From: an uncultured Alphaproteobacteria bacterium
GTDB taxonomy: Bacteria > Pseudomonadota > Alphaproteobacteria > RF32 > CAG-239
Assembly (NCBI GenBank): GCA_934229625.1
Contig: CAKQDU010000004.1
Location: 27,295 to 91,294, forward strand
Length of the DNA stretch: 64,000 nucleotides
Direction: 5' to 3'
Both the position numbers and the translations under genes were made by a program. A model generated the notes under the pieces. The model searched no databases, was not told the origin of the DNA, and worked only from the letters and a program-made list of their open reading frames with translations. This document shows, piece by piece, positions 46,094 through 57,246 of this stretch (its first letter is position 1; the number at the start of each line of letters is the position of its first letter).

Positions 46094-47917
46094 ATGAGTA
46101 TGAGAAATATTGCCATCATAGCCCACGTTGACCATGGTAAAACTACATTGGTGGATGGGTTATTGCGCCAAAGCGGTACATTCCGTGACAATCAAAAAGT
46201 AGCAGACTGTGTTATGGACAGTAACGCGTTGGAGCGCGAAAGAGGTATTACTATCCTTTCTAAATGCACTTCTGTTGATTGGCATGGTACTCATATAAAC
46301 ATTGTAGATACTCCGGGACACGCTGACTTTGGCGGTGAGGTTGAACGAATTTTATCTATGGTTGATGGTGTGGTGTTGTTGGTGGACTCTTCCGAAGGAC
46401 CAATGCCGCAAACTAAATTTGTTTTGGGTAAGGCTTTGAAAATTGGCTTGAAACCTATTGTTGTTATTAACAAGGCAGATAAACCTGATGCTCGTCCGGA
46501 TGAAGTTTTGAATGAAATCTTTGATTTGTTTGTTAGCTTAAACGCTAATGATGAGCAGCTGGATTTTCCTGTTTTGTATGCTTCAGGGCGTAACGGCTGG
46601 GCGGTACGCGATTTAGCGGATGAACATAAGGATTTGACGCCGTTGTTTGAAACTATTTTATCTTATGTTAGTGAGCCGGTTTGCGAACCTGATAAACCTT
46701 TTAGAATGTTGGCGACAACGTTGGAATCAGATAAATTTGTCGGCCGTATTTTGACCGGTAAAATCCAAAGCGGCAGCGTCAAAGTTAATGATTCGGTAAA
46801 AGTCATAAATGAACATGGCGAGGTAGAACGCGCGAAAATAACTAAAATTATGGCTTATAAGGGTTTGGACCGCGTGGCTTTGGATTCTGCTCATGCCGGC
46901 GATATTGTGGCTGTAGCCGGTATTGTCAAAGGAACGGTGGCCGACACTATCTGCGCACCGGAAGTAGATGTAAAAGACTTTATAAAGGCTCAGCCGATAG
47001 ACCCTCCGACATTGGCAATGACTTTTTCGGTAAATGATTCTCCGTTAGCCGGTAAGGAAGGCGATAAAGTAACTTCTCGTGTGATTTGGGCGCGTTTGGA
47101 AAAAGAAGCTGAGGGAAATATTGCCTTGAAAATTTCCCGCACCGATAACTCCGATACTTTTGAAGTTGCAGGACGCGGCGAGTTGCAGCTCGGTGTATTG
47201 ATTGAAACCATGCGCCGTGAAGGCTTTGAACTTTCTATTTCTCGTCCTCGTGTTATTATGAAGCGTGATGAAAACGGCCAGCTTTTAGAGCCGGTTGAAG
47301 AAGTTGTTGTGGATGTAGATGAGGAATTTTCCGGCGCTGTTGTTGAAAAATTAAGCAAACGCCGTGCTGAATTGGTAGAAATGATTCCATCGCAGGTTGG
47401 CAATAAAGTTCGTTTGATTTTCCATGCTCCTTCTCGCGGTTTAATCGGCTATCATTCAGAATTTTTGACCGATACTCGCGGTACCGGCGTAATGAATCGT
47501 ATTTTTTATGAATTTGAGCCATATAAAGGAGAAATTGAAGACCGCCGCAACGGTGTGATGATTTCCAGCGAAAATGGTCAAGCTATTGCTTATTCTTTGT
47601 GGAAATTACAGGACAGAGGCCCGATGTTTGTAGAGCATAACAGTCCGGTTTATGTGGGTATGATTATCGGTGAACACACAAAATACAATGATATTGAAGT
47701 AAACCCGACAAAATCTAAGCAGTTGACCAATATTCGCGCTGCCGGTAAAGATGAGGCTATTGACCTTATTCCGCCGCGTAGATTGAGCTTAGAGCAAGCT
47801 TTGGCTTATATTCAGTCTGATGAGCTTTTGGAAGTTACGCCTAAATCTTTGCGTTTAAGAAAGCGGATTTTGGACCCTATTGCCCGTAAACGAGCTAAAC
47901 CGGAAGCGGTTGAATAA
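46094..47917 (+). CDS. typA: translational GTPase TypA/BipA
   Basis: [36 protein letters not shown]; 607 aa with BipA-type C-terminal domains. Confidence 0.96.
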   Translation: MSMRNIAIIAHVDHGKTTLVDGLLRQSGTFRDNQKVADCVMDSNALERERGITILSKCTSVDWHGTHINIVDTPGHADFGGEVERILSMVDGVVLLVDSSEGPMPQTKFVLGKALKIGLKPIVVINKADKPDARPDEVLNEIFDLFVSLNANDEQLDFPVLYASGRNGWAVRDLADEHKDLTPLFETILSYVSEPVCEPDKPFRMLATTLESDKFVGRILTGKIQSGSVKVNDSVKVINEHGEVERAKITKIMAYKGLDRVALDSAHAGDIVAVAGIVKGTVADTICAPEVDVKDFIKAQPIDPPTLAMTFSVNDSPLAGKEGDKVTSRVIWARLEKEAEGNIALKISRTDNSDTFEVAGRGELQLGVLIETMRREGFELSISRPRVIMKRDENGQLLEPVEEVVVDVDEEFSGAVVEKLSKRRAELVEMIPSQVGNKVRLIFHAPSRGLIGYHSEFLTDTRGTGVMNRIFYEFEPYKGEIEDRRNGVMISSENGQAIAYSLWKLQDRGPMFVEHNSPVYVGMIIGEHTKYNDIEVNPTKSKQLTNIRAAGKDEAIDLIPPRRLSLEQALAYIQSDELLEVTPKSLRLRKRILDPIARKRAKPEAVE

Positions 47918-47921
47918 AAAT

Positions 47922-47948
47922 AAGCGCCTTAATGGCGCTTTTCTTTAT
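47922..47948 (+). terminator. intrinsic terminator after typA
   Basis: AAGCGCC(47922-47928)/GGCGCTT(47934-47940) followed by a T-rich run. Confidence 0.75.
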
Positions 47949-47995
47949 TGAATTTTAAGCATTTTTGAGCTAGCTTAATCGCATGGGAGAAAGAT

Positions 47996-48559
47996 ATGTC
48001 CGAAGTTGAAGTTCATAAAAAGTGTCCGGAATATTGTCCGTTTCTGAAGGCAAATAACACGTTTTGCGAGTTGTTTAAACGTGCGCTTCAGCAAGTATCC
48101 GCTTTACCGCAAAAATGTGAAGAATGTCTGAATCCGGAACAGCGGATGGAAACCTATAAATCATTGGGATTGACATTGGATAGCCGTATTGAAATGTGGC
48201 AGAAAGCGGTGGTTAAGCATAATGAAATAGAATTAGGAAAACGCCGGGAAGAAGAAGCTTTGCGGCAAAAATTCTCAGCGTTTTTGACAGATAAATTCGG
48301 TGACAGACCTCCGTTGTCCGGAAATACATATCTTAAAAATTTGGTTATAAATCTTTTTATGGTGCTTGATAATTCAGAGCGGCACATGATGATGTCTGTG
48401 TTGAAAGGCCGGGGAGGAGATTCGTTGCTGCAAGCCATAGACCGTGCGCCTAAAGACGATTCTTTACTGCGTAATATCAGACGGGAATTGGATTTACAAT
48501 ATCAGGAACATCAACAGGTTTTACAAAATTCTTTGTCTGGTCGGGAAAATAATCGTTAA
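47996..48559 (+). CDS. hypothetical Cys-containing protein
   Basis: 187 aa. N-terminal CPEYCPF...C...C..C pattern, then a helical charged region. No family recognised. Confidence 0.45.
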   Translation: MSEVEVHKKCPEYCPFLKANNTFCELFKRALQQVSALPQKCEECLNPEQRMETYKSLGLTLDSRIEMWQKAVVKHNEIELGKRREEEALRQKFSAFLTDKFGDRPPLSGNTYLKNLVINLFMVLDNSERHMMMSVLKGRGGDSLLQAIDRAPKDDSLLRNIRRELDLQYQEHQQVLQNSLSGRENNR

Positions 48560-48620
48560 TTTCGTTGATTTTTTGTCAACTTTATGCTAGTCTGAAACAA
48601 ATAACCGAGGAAAAGACTGT

Positions 48621-50561
48621 ATGACCCAAGAAACTTTGTTGCTTACAACATCTGATAATCACATTATTGCTTTGAAACTTGAATATAATAACGTTGCGGA
48701 AAAACATCGCAAAATCAGGTTATATGAGCAATTATGCGAAAATTGGAGCTATAAGGATTTTTTTTCAAAATATAATGGTTTTGTGAGAGCAGGAACCTGT
48801 GCCGACGCCTCTGAACGTAACTTTTTTAAGGAGGTTGATACAAACAATACGGAATTTTTGGAAAAAGAAATTCATCAGTATGATTTTGTAAAAAGTCCCG
48901 AAAATTACCAAAATAATATTGCAGAAAATAATTATCCGGCGTCCGTGGCGTCAAAACCATATACCGTTCATTTTGATAATCGCGTTGATGATTCTGAGAT
49001 TCCGCAGCTGATTAAGAATTTAGGTTATAAAATAGAGCCGGAAGATAATGTTTATGATGTAAGTTTTAACGCTGTAAAGCAAAGCTATGAAATTGTTGGC
49101 CTAAATCGTCGGCGTGCCTCGGTGAATGTTGGGAAAAAACGCGTAAAGTTTATACGAAACCATCTGACTTTTCCGCCGGCCGAATATGCTGTGATGCAAA
49201 GATTATTGTCGCAATGGAACAATAGCCGACGGACAAATCCCAATTTAAATATCAGAGGTTTTTGCAGAACCATCAGTAATGCCAAAGAAAGAAGTTTATT
49301 TTCATTATATGCAATAGAACAAACAAATGTGAATAGTCGGCTGCTGTTTTTGAAGCATGAATTGACACACGTTAAAAATAGTGCGCTGCAAGCAGGCTTC
49401 GGTTTGAAAAAGAATACAAAACGTCTGTCTGTTGAGGATTATTACCGCTTACAGGTAGAAGATGAGCGCAGCGCTTATTTGTCGCAGGTTGTTAACGCGG
49501 CCAATACCTATGTTAAGCAAGGCAACAGCAATGATTTTTCAATGTTTGATGTAGAATCTTCCGCATTGGTTGCTGCGCTAAAAAGCATGCCGGAAGACCG
49601 TCGTTTTTCGTATGCTCTAAATCCTGAAAATTTAATTGATTCGGCATTTAAATCATTTACCAAAAATCATCGCAGCGAATATGACAATGGGCAGTTTGTT
49701 AATAACATGAAACTGGAAATGCAAAAAGTTCCCATGAGTGCGGAAGCAGATGAAAATCATGAAGAATTTTTTAAACGCCGTTCTTTATATTATCGTTACA
49801 AACTTTATAATCCGCAGACCCAGAGTTATGAGCATAAAAACTTTACACCATTTGTAGAAGGTTTGCGTGAAGTCTCGTTGAGTCAGGAGAATATAGCAAA
49901 TATCATAACGCCTTGTCAGCAAATTGTTTCGCGCCGTTTGGCGGAATTTAACCGAGATAAAAGCCGCGGATTGATAAATTCTGCATTGGTTGAAGAGGCT
50001 AAGGCTTTGATGCGTGATAATTTACATAAATCCCGACTGATAAATAATATAAACGGTATGGAAATTTCTGAGTTGTCGGATGATAAGCCGCAAGTTGTTT
50101 CGCCATCTCCGCAGCAGCCGCGTAAACCGGCAAAATGGAGCCGTGATATTGAGGCTTATTGGAGTAAATTTGAAGGTTATAAAGAAATTGCCAATAATGA
50201 TGATGAATACTATTTCAGTATAAATAAAAATAAAATTCGCTATACAGCCAAAGATAAAGTTCAGATGGGTAAAGATGCTGAATATGATATGTATGTAAAA
50301 TTGTTAAAAGAGCCGAGCAATCAAAATAAACCTATTATATTTAAGGATACGCTTACAAAAGAACAAGCCTTGAAATTGTATGTTGCTTGTGTTAATAATA
50401 ACCGGCAAATGAAAGGTGCGGTTCCGAAAGATTTTTCATTGCTGAAAAAATTACGCGATATTCCGGCTGCGGATTTACAAAAATGTCAACGGACTATTTG
50501 TCAGAATAATCAGCAAAATCAAATTCTGCAAAGACAAATTATGTCGCAAGCCGGACGGTAG
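48621..50561 (+). CDS. large hypothetical protein with a single HExxH motif
   Basis: 646 aa. LFLKHELTHVKNS contains HELTH (a possible zincin motif). No signal peptide seen and nothing else recognised. Confidence 0.45.
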   Translation: MTQETLLLTTSDNHIIALKLEYNNVAEKHRKIRLYEQLCENWSYKDFFSKYNGFVRAGTCADASERNFFKEVDTNNTEFLEKEIHQYDFVKSPENYQNNIAENNYPASVASKPYTVHFDNRVDDSEIPQLIKNLGYKIEPEDNVYDVSFNAVKQSYEIVGLNRRRASVNVGKKRVKFIRNHLTFPPAEYAVMQRLLSQWNNSRRTNPNLNIRGFCRTISNAKERSLFSLYAIEQTNVNSRLLFLKHELTHVKNSALQAGFGLKKNTKRLSVEDYYRLQVEDERSAYLSQVVNAANTYVKQGNSNDFSMFDVESSALVAALKSMPEDRRFSYALNPENLIDSAFKSFTKNHRSEYDNGQFVNNMKLEMQKVPMSAEADENHEEFFKRRSLYYRYKLYNPQTQSYEHKNFTPFVEGLREVSLSQENIANIITPCQQIVSRRLAEFNRDKSRGLINSALVEEAKALMRDNLHKSRLINNINGMEISELSDDKPQVVSPSPQQPRKPAKWSRDIEAYWSKFEGYKEIANNDDEYYFSINKNKIRYTAKDKVQMGKDAEYDMYVKLLKEPSNQNKPIIFKDTLTKEQALKLYVACVNNNRQMKGAVPKDFSLLKKLRDIPAADLQKCQRTICQNNQQNQILQRQIMSQAGR

Positions 50562-50703
50562 CTATCAAAAAAACGTCTTTGTTAAATGCGTTTTTAGAGG
50601 GGGATTCTGTAAAAAATGATAAATCTACCATGTTGTATAAAAAATCCTCTATATGGGCAGAAAAACGTGCTTTATGTGAAAGGGCTTAAACGAAAGGTAA
50701 AAA

Positions 50704-52047
50704 ATGGATAATAAAACGATTTATGCTTTATCAACAGTTTTTGGAAAGTCTGGTGTTGCTGTTATTCGTGTTTCCGGAAACAGAGCTTTTGATGTTGTTG
50801 AAAAAATGACCGATTTGGATATTTCAAAAATTGATAGCCGAAAAATGTATTTAACAGAATTTCACAATCCTGTTTCACGTGAAACACTTGATAATTCATT
50901 GGTGGTAGTTTTTAAGTCTCCGGCCTCATATACCGGAGAAGATACGGTTGAAATAAATTGCCACGGTTCAAAGGCTGTTATTCGCAGTTTTTTAGACGCT
51001 TTGTCTGTTTTGCCGGATTTTCGCTTAGCTGAGCCGGGAGAATTTTCACGCCGCTCTTTTTATAGCGGTAAAATGGATTTAACAGAAGCAGATGGTTTGG
51101 CGGATTTAATTGATGCCGAAACATCATTGCAGCAAAAAGTTGCCTTGCAGCAGATGGGGGGAGCTTTGTTTGATTTATATAATAATTGGCGCTCCCGTTT
51201 AGTTTCTGTTTTATCGTATATCGAGGCATATATAGATTTTCCGGACGAAGATATACCGCAAGATACTGTTAAAAAAATTGAAAACGGTGTATTTAAAATT
51301 TCTGAGGAAATTGAAAATCATTTACGGCAAAATAATGTTGAAGAACGTTTGCGCGATGGTTTTAAGGTTGTTATTGCCGGTCCGACAAATGCCGGAAAAT
51401 CAAGCCTGATAAACGCCATAGTCAAAAGAAATGTTGCAATTGTTTCGGATATTGCCGGAACTACGCGTGATGTTATTGATGCTTATGTTGATATAAAAGG
51501 AATTCCTGTGATTTTTACGGATACTGCCGGATTGCGCGAATCGGACGATAAGATTGAGCAAATTGGCATTAAATTGGCAAAAGATAAAATTTCTGAAGCT
51601 GATTTCTGTCTTTTTTTGTTTGATGCTGAAAAGGATAATGCGTCAATTTTCAATGACTACCTGAAATCTGTTAATGTTCCATATATACTTGTTGCAAATA
51701 AACAAGATAAAATTTCACCGGCTATGCAAAAAAAACTTACGGATGATGGATGTATTTTGGTGTCAGCCAAAGAAAGCCTTAATATAAATATTCTTACGGA
51801 TAAAATTTATGAGTCTTTTCAAAGTATGTATGAAAAAAGCTCATCTTGTTTGATTACTCGTCAGCGCTACAAAGAATCCTTAAATGAATGTTTAGATAAT
51901 TTGAAACGTTTTAATTTGCAAAAAGAAATAGAATTATCTGCCGAAGATATTCGCTTGGCTTGCCGTGCTATTGGAAAGATTACCGGTCAGGTAGAAGTTG
52001 ATGAAATATTGGATAAAATATTCAGTAGTTTTTGTATAGGAAAATGA
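50704..52047 (+). CDS. mnmE: tRNA modification GTPase MnmE
   Basis: N-terminal TIYALST..G..GVAVIRVSG, G-domain GPTNAGKSSLIN, DTAGLRE, NKQD and the C-terminal FCIGK tail. Confidence 0.96.
   Translation: MDNKTIYALSTVFGKSGVAVIRVSGNRAFDVVEKMTDLDISKIDSRKMYLTEFHNPVSRETLDNSLVVVFKSPASYTGEDTVEINCHGSKAVIRSFLDALSVLPDFRLAEPGEFSRRSFYSGKMDLTEADGLADLIDAETSLQQKVALQQMGGALFDLYNNWRSRLVSVLSYIEAYIDFPDEDIPQDTVKKIENGVFKISEEIENHLRQNNVEERLRDGFKVVIAGPTNAGKSSLINAIVKRNVAIVSDIAGTTRDVIDAYVDIKGIPVIFTDTAGLRESDDKIEQIGIKLAKDKISEADFCLFLFDAEKDNASIFNDYLKSVNVPYILVANKQDKISPAMQKKLTDDGCILVSAKESLNINILTDKIYESFQSMYEKSSSCLITRQRYKESLNECLDNLKRFNLQKEIELSAEDIRLACRAIGKITGQVEVDEILDKIFSSFCIGK
50871..50886. other. parS centromere-like site 1 (inside mnmE)
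   Basis: TGTTTCACGTGAAACA is a perfect 16-bp palindrome identical to the consensus chromosomal parS. Read in frame as V-S-R-E-T. Confidence 0.8.
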
Positions 52048-52166
52048 TAAAACGTTGTATTTAAATTTACTGATAAGAAAATACGCTGTATTTAAAAGTT
52101 TGCAGCGTATTTTAATTTGCATTTATTTTGGTTTTGTGATTTATTATAAAAAAATAGAGGCTGAAA

Positions 52167-54011
52167 ATGAATAATATATATGATGTAATTGTAGTGGGTG
52201 GCGGCCATGCCGGTTGTGAAGCGTGTGCTGCGGCGGCGCGTACCGGTGCTAAAACTTTGTTGGTTACCCATAAAATAAGCACTATCGGGGAAATGTCTTG
52301 TAATCCTGCTATAGGCGGATTGGGTAAAGGGCATTTGGTTCGCGAGGTAGACGCTCTGGATGGTTTAATGGGACGCGTGATTGATAAGGCAGGCATCCAA
52401 TTTAGAATGTTGAATTTATCTAAAGGTCCTGCTGTTCGAGGTCCTCGTGCGCAAGCCGACAGAGAATTGTATAAAAAATTTATGCAACAGGCTTTGTCTG
52501 AAACATCCGGTTTGGATATAAGAGAAGGCGCTGTTGAGGGCTTGCTTATAAAAGATAAAACTGTTTGCGGTGTGACACTTGCCGATGGTGCGGAAATTTT
52601 TGCTAAAGCAGTTGTCTTAACTACGGGAACATTTTTAAACGGTATAATGTTTACCGGACATAAAACATCTGTTGGAGGACGCGTTGGAGATATTTCTTGC
52701 ACTGGTATAACACCGTATTTAAAATCTTTGAATCTGCAAATCGGACGTTTGAAAACAGGGACTCCATCACGCTTAAACGGCGATACGATAAATTGGGATA
52801 TTTTGGAAAAACAATCAGGTGATAAAAATCCAATTCCGTTTTCTTTTTTAACCAGAGAACTTAATAATCCCCAAATTGAGTGCGGTGTTTCTTATACAAA
52901 TGAAAAAACTCACAAGATTATTCGTGACAATTTTTCTAAATGCGCATTATTTTCCGGTTTGATTACCGGCAAAGGACCTCGCTATTGTCCGAGTATTGAG
53001 GACAAGTTGGTGCGTTTTGCGGATAGAACTTCGCATCAGATTTTTTTAGAGCCAGAGGGGTATAATACTAACGTTGTTTATCCGAATGGAATATCAACGT
53101 CGCTGCCTGCCGATGTGCAAGACGCATTTATACATACAATGAAAGGCTTGGAAAATGTCGAAATTTTGAGATATGCTTATGCTATTGAATATGATTATGT
53201 CAATCCGCAAGAGCTGAATCATTGTTTGGCTGTTAAAAAGTCTAAAGGTCTATATTTAGCCGGACAGATAAACGGAACAACTGGGTATGAGGAGGCAGCC
53301 GCGCAAGGATTGGTTGCCGGTGTTAATGCTGCTTTATTTGCTTTAAATAAAGGAAAAGAATTTAAGATTGACCGCAGTCAAGGTTATATCGGCGTTATGG
53401 TTGACGATTTAATTACAAAAGGTGTTGATGAACCGTATCGTATGTTTACATCTCGTTCGGAATATAGATTGGTGCTGCGTGCCGATAATGCTGATGCTCG
53501 GTTGACGGAGTTGGGGTATGAAATCGGCTGCGTTTCTGAAGACAGATACGCTGTATTTAAAACAAAAGAAGCTAAAATAAAAAAATTTAATGATTTTTGC
53601 CTTAATAAATATGTGTCATATCCGGAAATAGAATCCTTAGGAATTACAGTTAAACATAATGGCAAAAAAACATTGAAAGATTTACTTGGGTATCAATGTG
53701 TTTCACGTGAAACAATTTCAAAAATTGCACCAGAAAGCAAGGATATAGATAATTCTGTTTATGAACAGGTTGAAATTGATGCTAAGTATGCCGGATATTT
53801 AAAACGAGAATACGAAGATATTGCTGTGTTTAAGCGCGATGAGAATTTGCAGATTCGCGATGATGTGGATTACACCAAAATAGGCGGACTGTCAACCGAG
53901 ATGATACAGCGCTTTACTGCCGTAAAGCCAAAAACAATAGGTGAGGCTGCTCGTATAAAAGGCGTTACACCAGCTGCTGTTACAGCCATATTGGGATATA
54001 TAAAAAGATGA
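52167..54011 (+). CDS. mnmG: tRNA uridine 5-carboxymethylaminomethyl modification enzyme MnmG (GidA)
   Basis: [43 protein letters not shown]; 614 aa. Confidence 0.97.
   Translation: MNNIYDVIVVGGGHAGCEACAAAARTGAKTLLVTHKISTIGEMSCNPAIGGLGKGHLVREVDALDGLMGRVIDKAGIQFRMLNLSKGPAVRGPRAQADRELYKKFMQQALSETSGLDIREGAVEGLLIKDKTVCGVTLADGAEIFAKAVVLTTGTFLNGIMFTGHKTSVGGRVGDISCTGITPYLKSLNLQIGRLKTGTPSRLNGDTINWDILEKQSGDKNPIPFSFLTRELNNPQIECGVSYTNEKTHKIIRDNFSKCALFSGLITGKGPRYCPSIEDKLVRFADRTSHQIFLEPEGYNTNVVYPNGISTSLPADVQDAFIHTMKGLENVEILRYAYAIEYDYVNPQELNHCLAVKKSKGLYLAGQINGTTGYEEAAAQGLVAGVNAALFALNKGKEFKIDRSQGYIGVMVDDLITKGVDEPYRMFTSRSEYRLVLRADNADARLTELGYEIGCVSEDRYAVFKTKEAKIKKFNDFCLNKYVSYPEIESLGITVKHNGKKTLKDLLGYQCVSRETISKIAPESKDIDNSVYEQVEIDAKYAGYLKREYEDIAVFKRDENLQIRDDVDYTKIGGLSTEMIQRFTAVKPKTIGEAARIKGVTPAAVTAILGYIKR
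53699..53714. other. parS centromere-like site 2 (inside mnmG)
   Basis: TGTTTCACGTGAAACA, perfect match; again translated as VSRET. Confidence 0.8.
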
Positions 54012-54847
54012 TGATTCAAAATTTTTCGTATCACACGCATACAAATTTTTCTGATGGTAGAAATACTTTAGAAGAAATGGTTGCTGCTGCAAAGAAAAAA
54101 GGGTTTTGCGAGCTTGGTATCAGCGACCATTTATGCGTGCATAAAAATATTAAGCAAAGTAAATCTTGGCCGTTATGGGAAAAAAGAGGAAATAGTCATA
54201 TTTTTAAAAATGACTTTGAAACAATTTTGCCTGATTTTCAAAAACATTGTGAATATATTAGAAAAATCTCGCATAAAAGCGGCATAAAGTTATATGTGGG
54301 TTTTGAGGTAGATTATTTTACTTATGATGGATGGTTTTCTGAGTTACAGGACTTTTTAAGTAAGTTGGATTATGATTATGTGATTACCGGCAATCACATG
54401 CTTTTTGATGAAAAATGTGAAAATATTATAGATTTGTATGATTTGCCTGCTTTCTATGATGATGAAACTTTGCAAAATGAATTATTGCTTCGGCATTTTA
54501 AAACTATTGAAATGGCGGTAAAAAGCGGTGTATTTAAATTTTTGGCGCATTTAGACTATGCTCGTAAGCTTGGGGAAATATGTTCTGCCGATAAATTTAT
54601 ACCTCAGAAAATACATATTTTGGATGCGCTTCAAAACAAAAATATGGGAATGGAAATCAGCACTAAAGGATTGAGAAAAATTAACGATTTTTATCCGGAT
54701 GAACAGATTTTGAGAGAGGCGTCAAAACGTAATATTCCATTTGTAATAAGCGATGATGCTCATGTTGTTTCCGAATTAGGAGATAGATTTGATTTGGCTG
54801 AAAAACGCTTGTCCTTGTTTAATATAAAAAATCGTTTAAAGTTTTAG
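54008..54847 (+). CDS. PHP-family histidinol-phosphatase-like hydrolase (HisJ/HisK type)
   Basis: N-terminal [10 protein letters not shown] and later metal-ligand patterns (GISDH, GFEVDY, LAHLDY, SDDAH). ATGA overlap with the mnmG stop. Confidence 0.7.
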   Translation: MMIQNFSYHTHTNFSDGRNTLEEMVAAAKKKGFCELGISDHLCVHKNIKQSKSWPLWEKRGNSHIFKNDFETILPDFQKHCEYIRKISHKSGIKLYVGFEVDYFTYDGWFSELQDFLSKLDYDYVITGNHMLFDEKCENIIDLYDLPAFYDDETLQNELLLRHFKTIEMAVKSGVFKFLAHLDYARKLGEICSADKFIPQKIHILDALQNKNMGMEISTKGLRKINDFYPDEQILREASKRNIPFVISDDAHVVSELGDRFDLAEKRLSLFNIKNRLKF

Positions 54848-54911
54848 TGAATAACAATTATATTTTGTTGCATAAAAATTTAAATAGCATACTGTATTAT
54901 CAGAGGTAAAA

Positions 54912-55559
54912 ATGAATTTTGATGAAGAAGTTTTAAAATATGATGTTTCACGTGAAACATTGCAAAAAATGAAAGATTTTCTGCAAATTCTTTTAGAGTG
55001 GAACAAGAAAATCAATTTAGTAAGCAAAAATGCTGAAAAAGAACTCGAAACTCGTCATTTATTAGATTCCTTACAGTTGATAAAATATATACGTGATGAT
55101 GCTAAGCTTATTGTTGATGTCGGCAGCGGCTCAGGATTTCCCGGTGTTGTTTTGGCTATAGCATGTCAGGAAAAAATCCCGTCAGCGAAAATTGTTTTGG
55201 TTGAAAGTATTGCTAAAAAAGCGCTGTATTTAAAGGATGTTTGTTCACGATTGGGTTTATGCAATGTTGAGGTTATCAATAAACGTGCTGAAAACATTGT
55301 ATTTAAAAATGTTGACTTTATAACTGCCCGTGCTGTTGCTTCTGTTGATAAAATTTTTGCCTGCACAGGCGGACTGCGCTCAAAAAATACAAAATATATT
55401 TTACCAAAAGGTCATACCTGTAATGAGGAACTTAATGAGGCCGGTAAAAAATGGAATATGAATATTGAAGTTTTTGATAATTTATATGCGCGCTCCAACG
55501 AGGTTGAAAGCGGAAAAGAAGGTTTTGTTTTTTGTTTGTCCGAGGTGAAAAGAAAATGA
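54912..55559 (+). CDS. rsmG: 16S rRNA (guanine527-N7)-methyltransferase RsmG (GidB)
   Basis: LLEWNKKINL, HLLDSL and SAM motif VDVGSGSGFPGVVLAI; 215 aa. Confidence 0.93.
   Translation: MNFDEEVLKYDVSRETLQKMKDFLQILLEWNKKINLVSKNAEKELETRHLLDSLQLIKYIRDDAKLIVDVGSGSGFPGVVLAIACQEKIPSAKIVLVESIAKKALYLKDVCSRLGLCNVEVINKRAENIVFKNVDFITARAVASVDKIFACTGGLRSKNTKYILPKGHTCNEELNEAGKKWNMNIEVFDNLYARSNEVESGKEGFVFCLSEVKRK
54944..54959. other. parS centromere-like site 3 (inside rsmG)
   Basis: TGTTTCACGTGAAACA, perfect match; translated as VSRET. Confidence 0.8.
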
Positions 55560-56323
55560 AAATAATATCTGTAGCAAATCGCAAAGGCGGTGTGGGTAAA
55601 ACTACAACGACAATCAATATCGCCACAGCTTTATCAGCGATAGGGCGTAAAGTTTTGGTTATAGATTTTGACCCACAAGGCAACGCCACAACATCAATGG
55701 GTATAGCAAAACAAAAAGAAAATTATTCATCTTATGATGTTTTAATCGGTAAGTGCGATGTGAAAGAAGCTGTGCTGCACACAGATTTGCCTCGTTTTGA
55801 CATGATACCGTCTTCACCTGATTTGGCTGCGGCTGAAATAGAATTGGTTGAGGTCGAAAAGCGCGAGTTTGTTTTGAAGAAAGCTTTAAGCAATTTGACC
55901 TCGGTTTATGATTATGTGCTGATTGATTGCCCGCCGTCATTAAATTTAATAACAATTAACGCGCTGGTTAGCTCTGATTCTGTTATGGTTCCGCTGCAAT
56001 GCGAGTTTTTGGCATTGGAGGGTTTGGCCGACTTAATGAAAAATATCAACGCTATAAAACGTAATTTCAATCCGTCATTAGCTTTGCAGGGAATCATTTT
56101 AACAATGTATAGCCGGCAAAATAATTTAAGCCAGATGATTGAGGCTGATGTGCGCAAATATTTTGGTGATAAGGTATATCAAACTGTTATACCGCGCAGC
56201 GTGCGTATAGCCGAGGCGCCATCGCATGGAAAGCCTATTTTGATATATGATTTTAAGAGCGCTGGTGCGCAGGCATATATTCAACTTGCAAAAGAAGTTT
56301 TGAAAAGAGAAAAGGAGTTATAA
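55556..56323 (+). CDS. parA: chromosome partitioning ATPase ParA (Soj)
   Basis: Deviant Walker A NRKGGVGKTTTTIN, DFDPQGNAT, IDCPPSL. Start chosen at the ATG 55556 (ATGA overlap with rsmG); the track started at 55532. Confidence 0.95.
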   Translation: MKIISVANRKGGVGKTTTTINIATALSAIGRKVLVIDFDPQGNATTSMGIAKQKENYSSYDVLIGKCDVKEAVLHTDLPRFDMIPSSPDLAAAEIELVEVEKREFVLKKALSNLTSVYDYVLIDCPPSLNLITINALVSSDSVMVPLQCEFLALEGLADLMKNINAIKRNFNPSLALQGIILTMYSRQNNLSQMIEADVRKYFGDKVYQTVIPRSVRIAEAPSHGKPILIYDFKSAGAQAYIQLAKEVLKREKEL

Positions 56324-57235
56324 ATGAACGCAAATAACAAAAAGTTTGGTTTGGGCCGCGGTCTTGAAGCTTTGCTCGGTGACGAAGATATGAATCTAAA
56401 TTTGGATGATGAAACCGCAGATGTCGGCAGTTTTGTTGAAAACGCTGTATTTAAATCTGAAAAAAATGAAATAAAAATATCTGATATTGTTCCGTGTTCA
56501 TTTCAGCCGCGAACAGAATTTGATAGGGACGCGCTAGAGTCTTTGGCACAGTCCATAAAAGAAAAAGGGGTTTTGCAGCCGCTTCTTGTTCGCAAAAAAA
56601 ACGATAAATATGAAATTATTGCCGGTGAACGCCGGTGGCGCGCCGCACAGCTTGCCGGTTTAGATAAAGTTCCGGCTATCATTAAAGATTTGACGGATAG
56701 CGAAACTTTGGAAATTGCGTTAATAGAAAATCTGCAACGTGAAAATCTGTCGGCGATTGAAGAAGCCGAAGGTCTAAATCGTTTGATGAATGAATATGCA
56801 TACACCCAAGAAGTCATTGGCAAAGTAATAGGTAAATCACGCAGCTATATCGCTAACACGCTCCGCCTTTTAGGTTTGCCCGATGAAATTAAACAAATGG
56901 TTAGAGAAAATAAACTTTCTGCCGGACATGCACGTGCTTTAATCGGCTGCGAAAATTCTGTTGAATTGGCAAACAAAATAGTTAAAGAGGGTTTGAGCGT
57001 CAGAGAAGCAGAAACTTTGGCGGCAAATGTCAAAGGTATAAACATAAAAAATATTGCCCCGAAAGAACCTAAGCCAGTTGATAGAGATTTAGAAAAAATT
57101 ATGGCTGATTTGGAAGAAAAATTAAAACTTAAAGTTAAAATAAATGCTGGAAAAAAAGGTAAAGGTAGTATAACATTGCACTATAACACGCCAGCGGAAT
57201 TAAGTAATCTTCTGGATATTTTAGAACAAAGATAG
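56324..57235 (+). CDS. parB: chromosome partitioning protein ParB (Spo0J)
   Basis: GLGRGLEALL, QPRTEFD, GVLQPLLVR, IIAGERRWRAA (arginine patch) and an HTH region. Confidence 0.96.
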   Translation: MNANNKKFGLGRGLEALLGDEDMNLNLDDETADVGSFVENAVFKSEKNEIKISDIVPCSFQPRTEFDRDALESLAQSIKEKGVLQPLLVRKKNDKYEIIAGERRWRAAQLAGLDKVPAIIKDLTDSETLEIALIENLQRENLSAIEEAEGLNRLMNEYAYTQEVIGKVIGKSRSYIANTLRLLGLPDEIKQMVRENKLSAGHARALIGCENSVELANKIVKEGLSVREAETLAANVKGINIKNIAPKEPKPVDRDLEKIMADLEEKLKLKVKINAGKKGKGSITLHYNTPAELSNLLDILEQR

Positions 57236-57246
57236 GAGAACATAAA

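Noticed and set aside
52112-52702. 196-aa minus-strand ORF overlapping the 5' part of mnmG, plus similar antisense ORFs in rho, typA, dnaE, the autotransporter and parAB.
   Set aside because: Each overlaps a strongly supported housekeeping CDS on the opposite strand, has no RBS or motif support, and has a Pro/Ser/Ala-rich composition typical of antisense frames.
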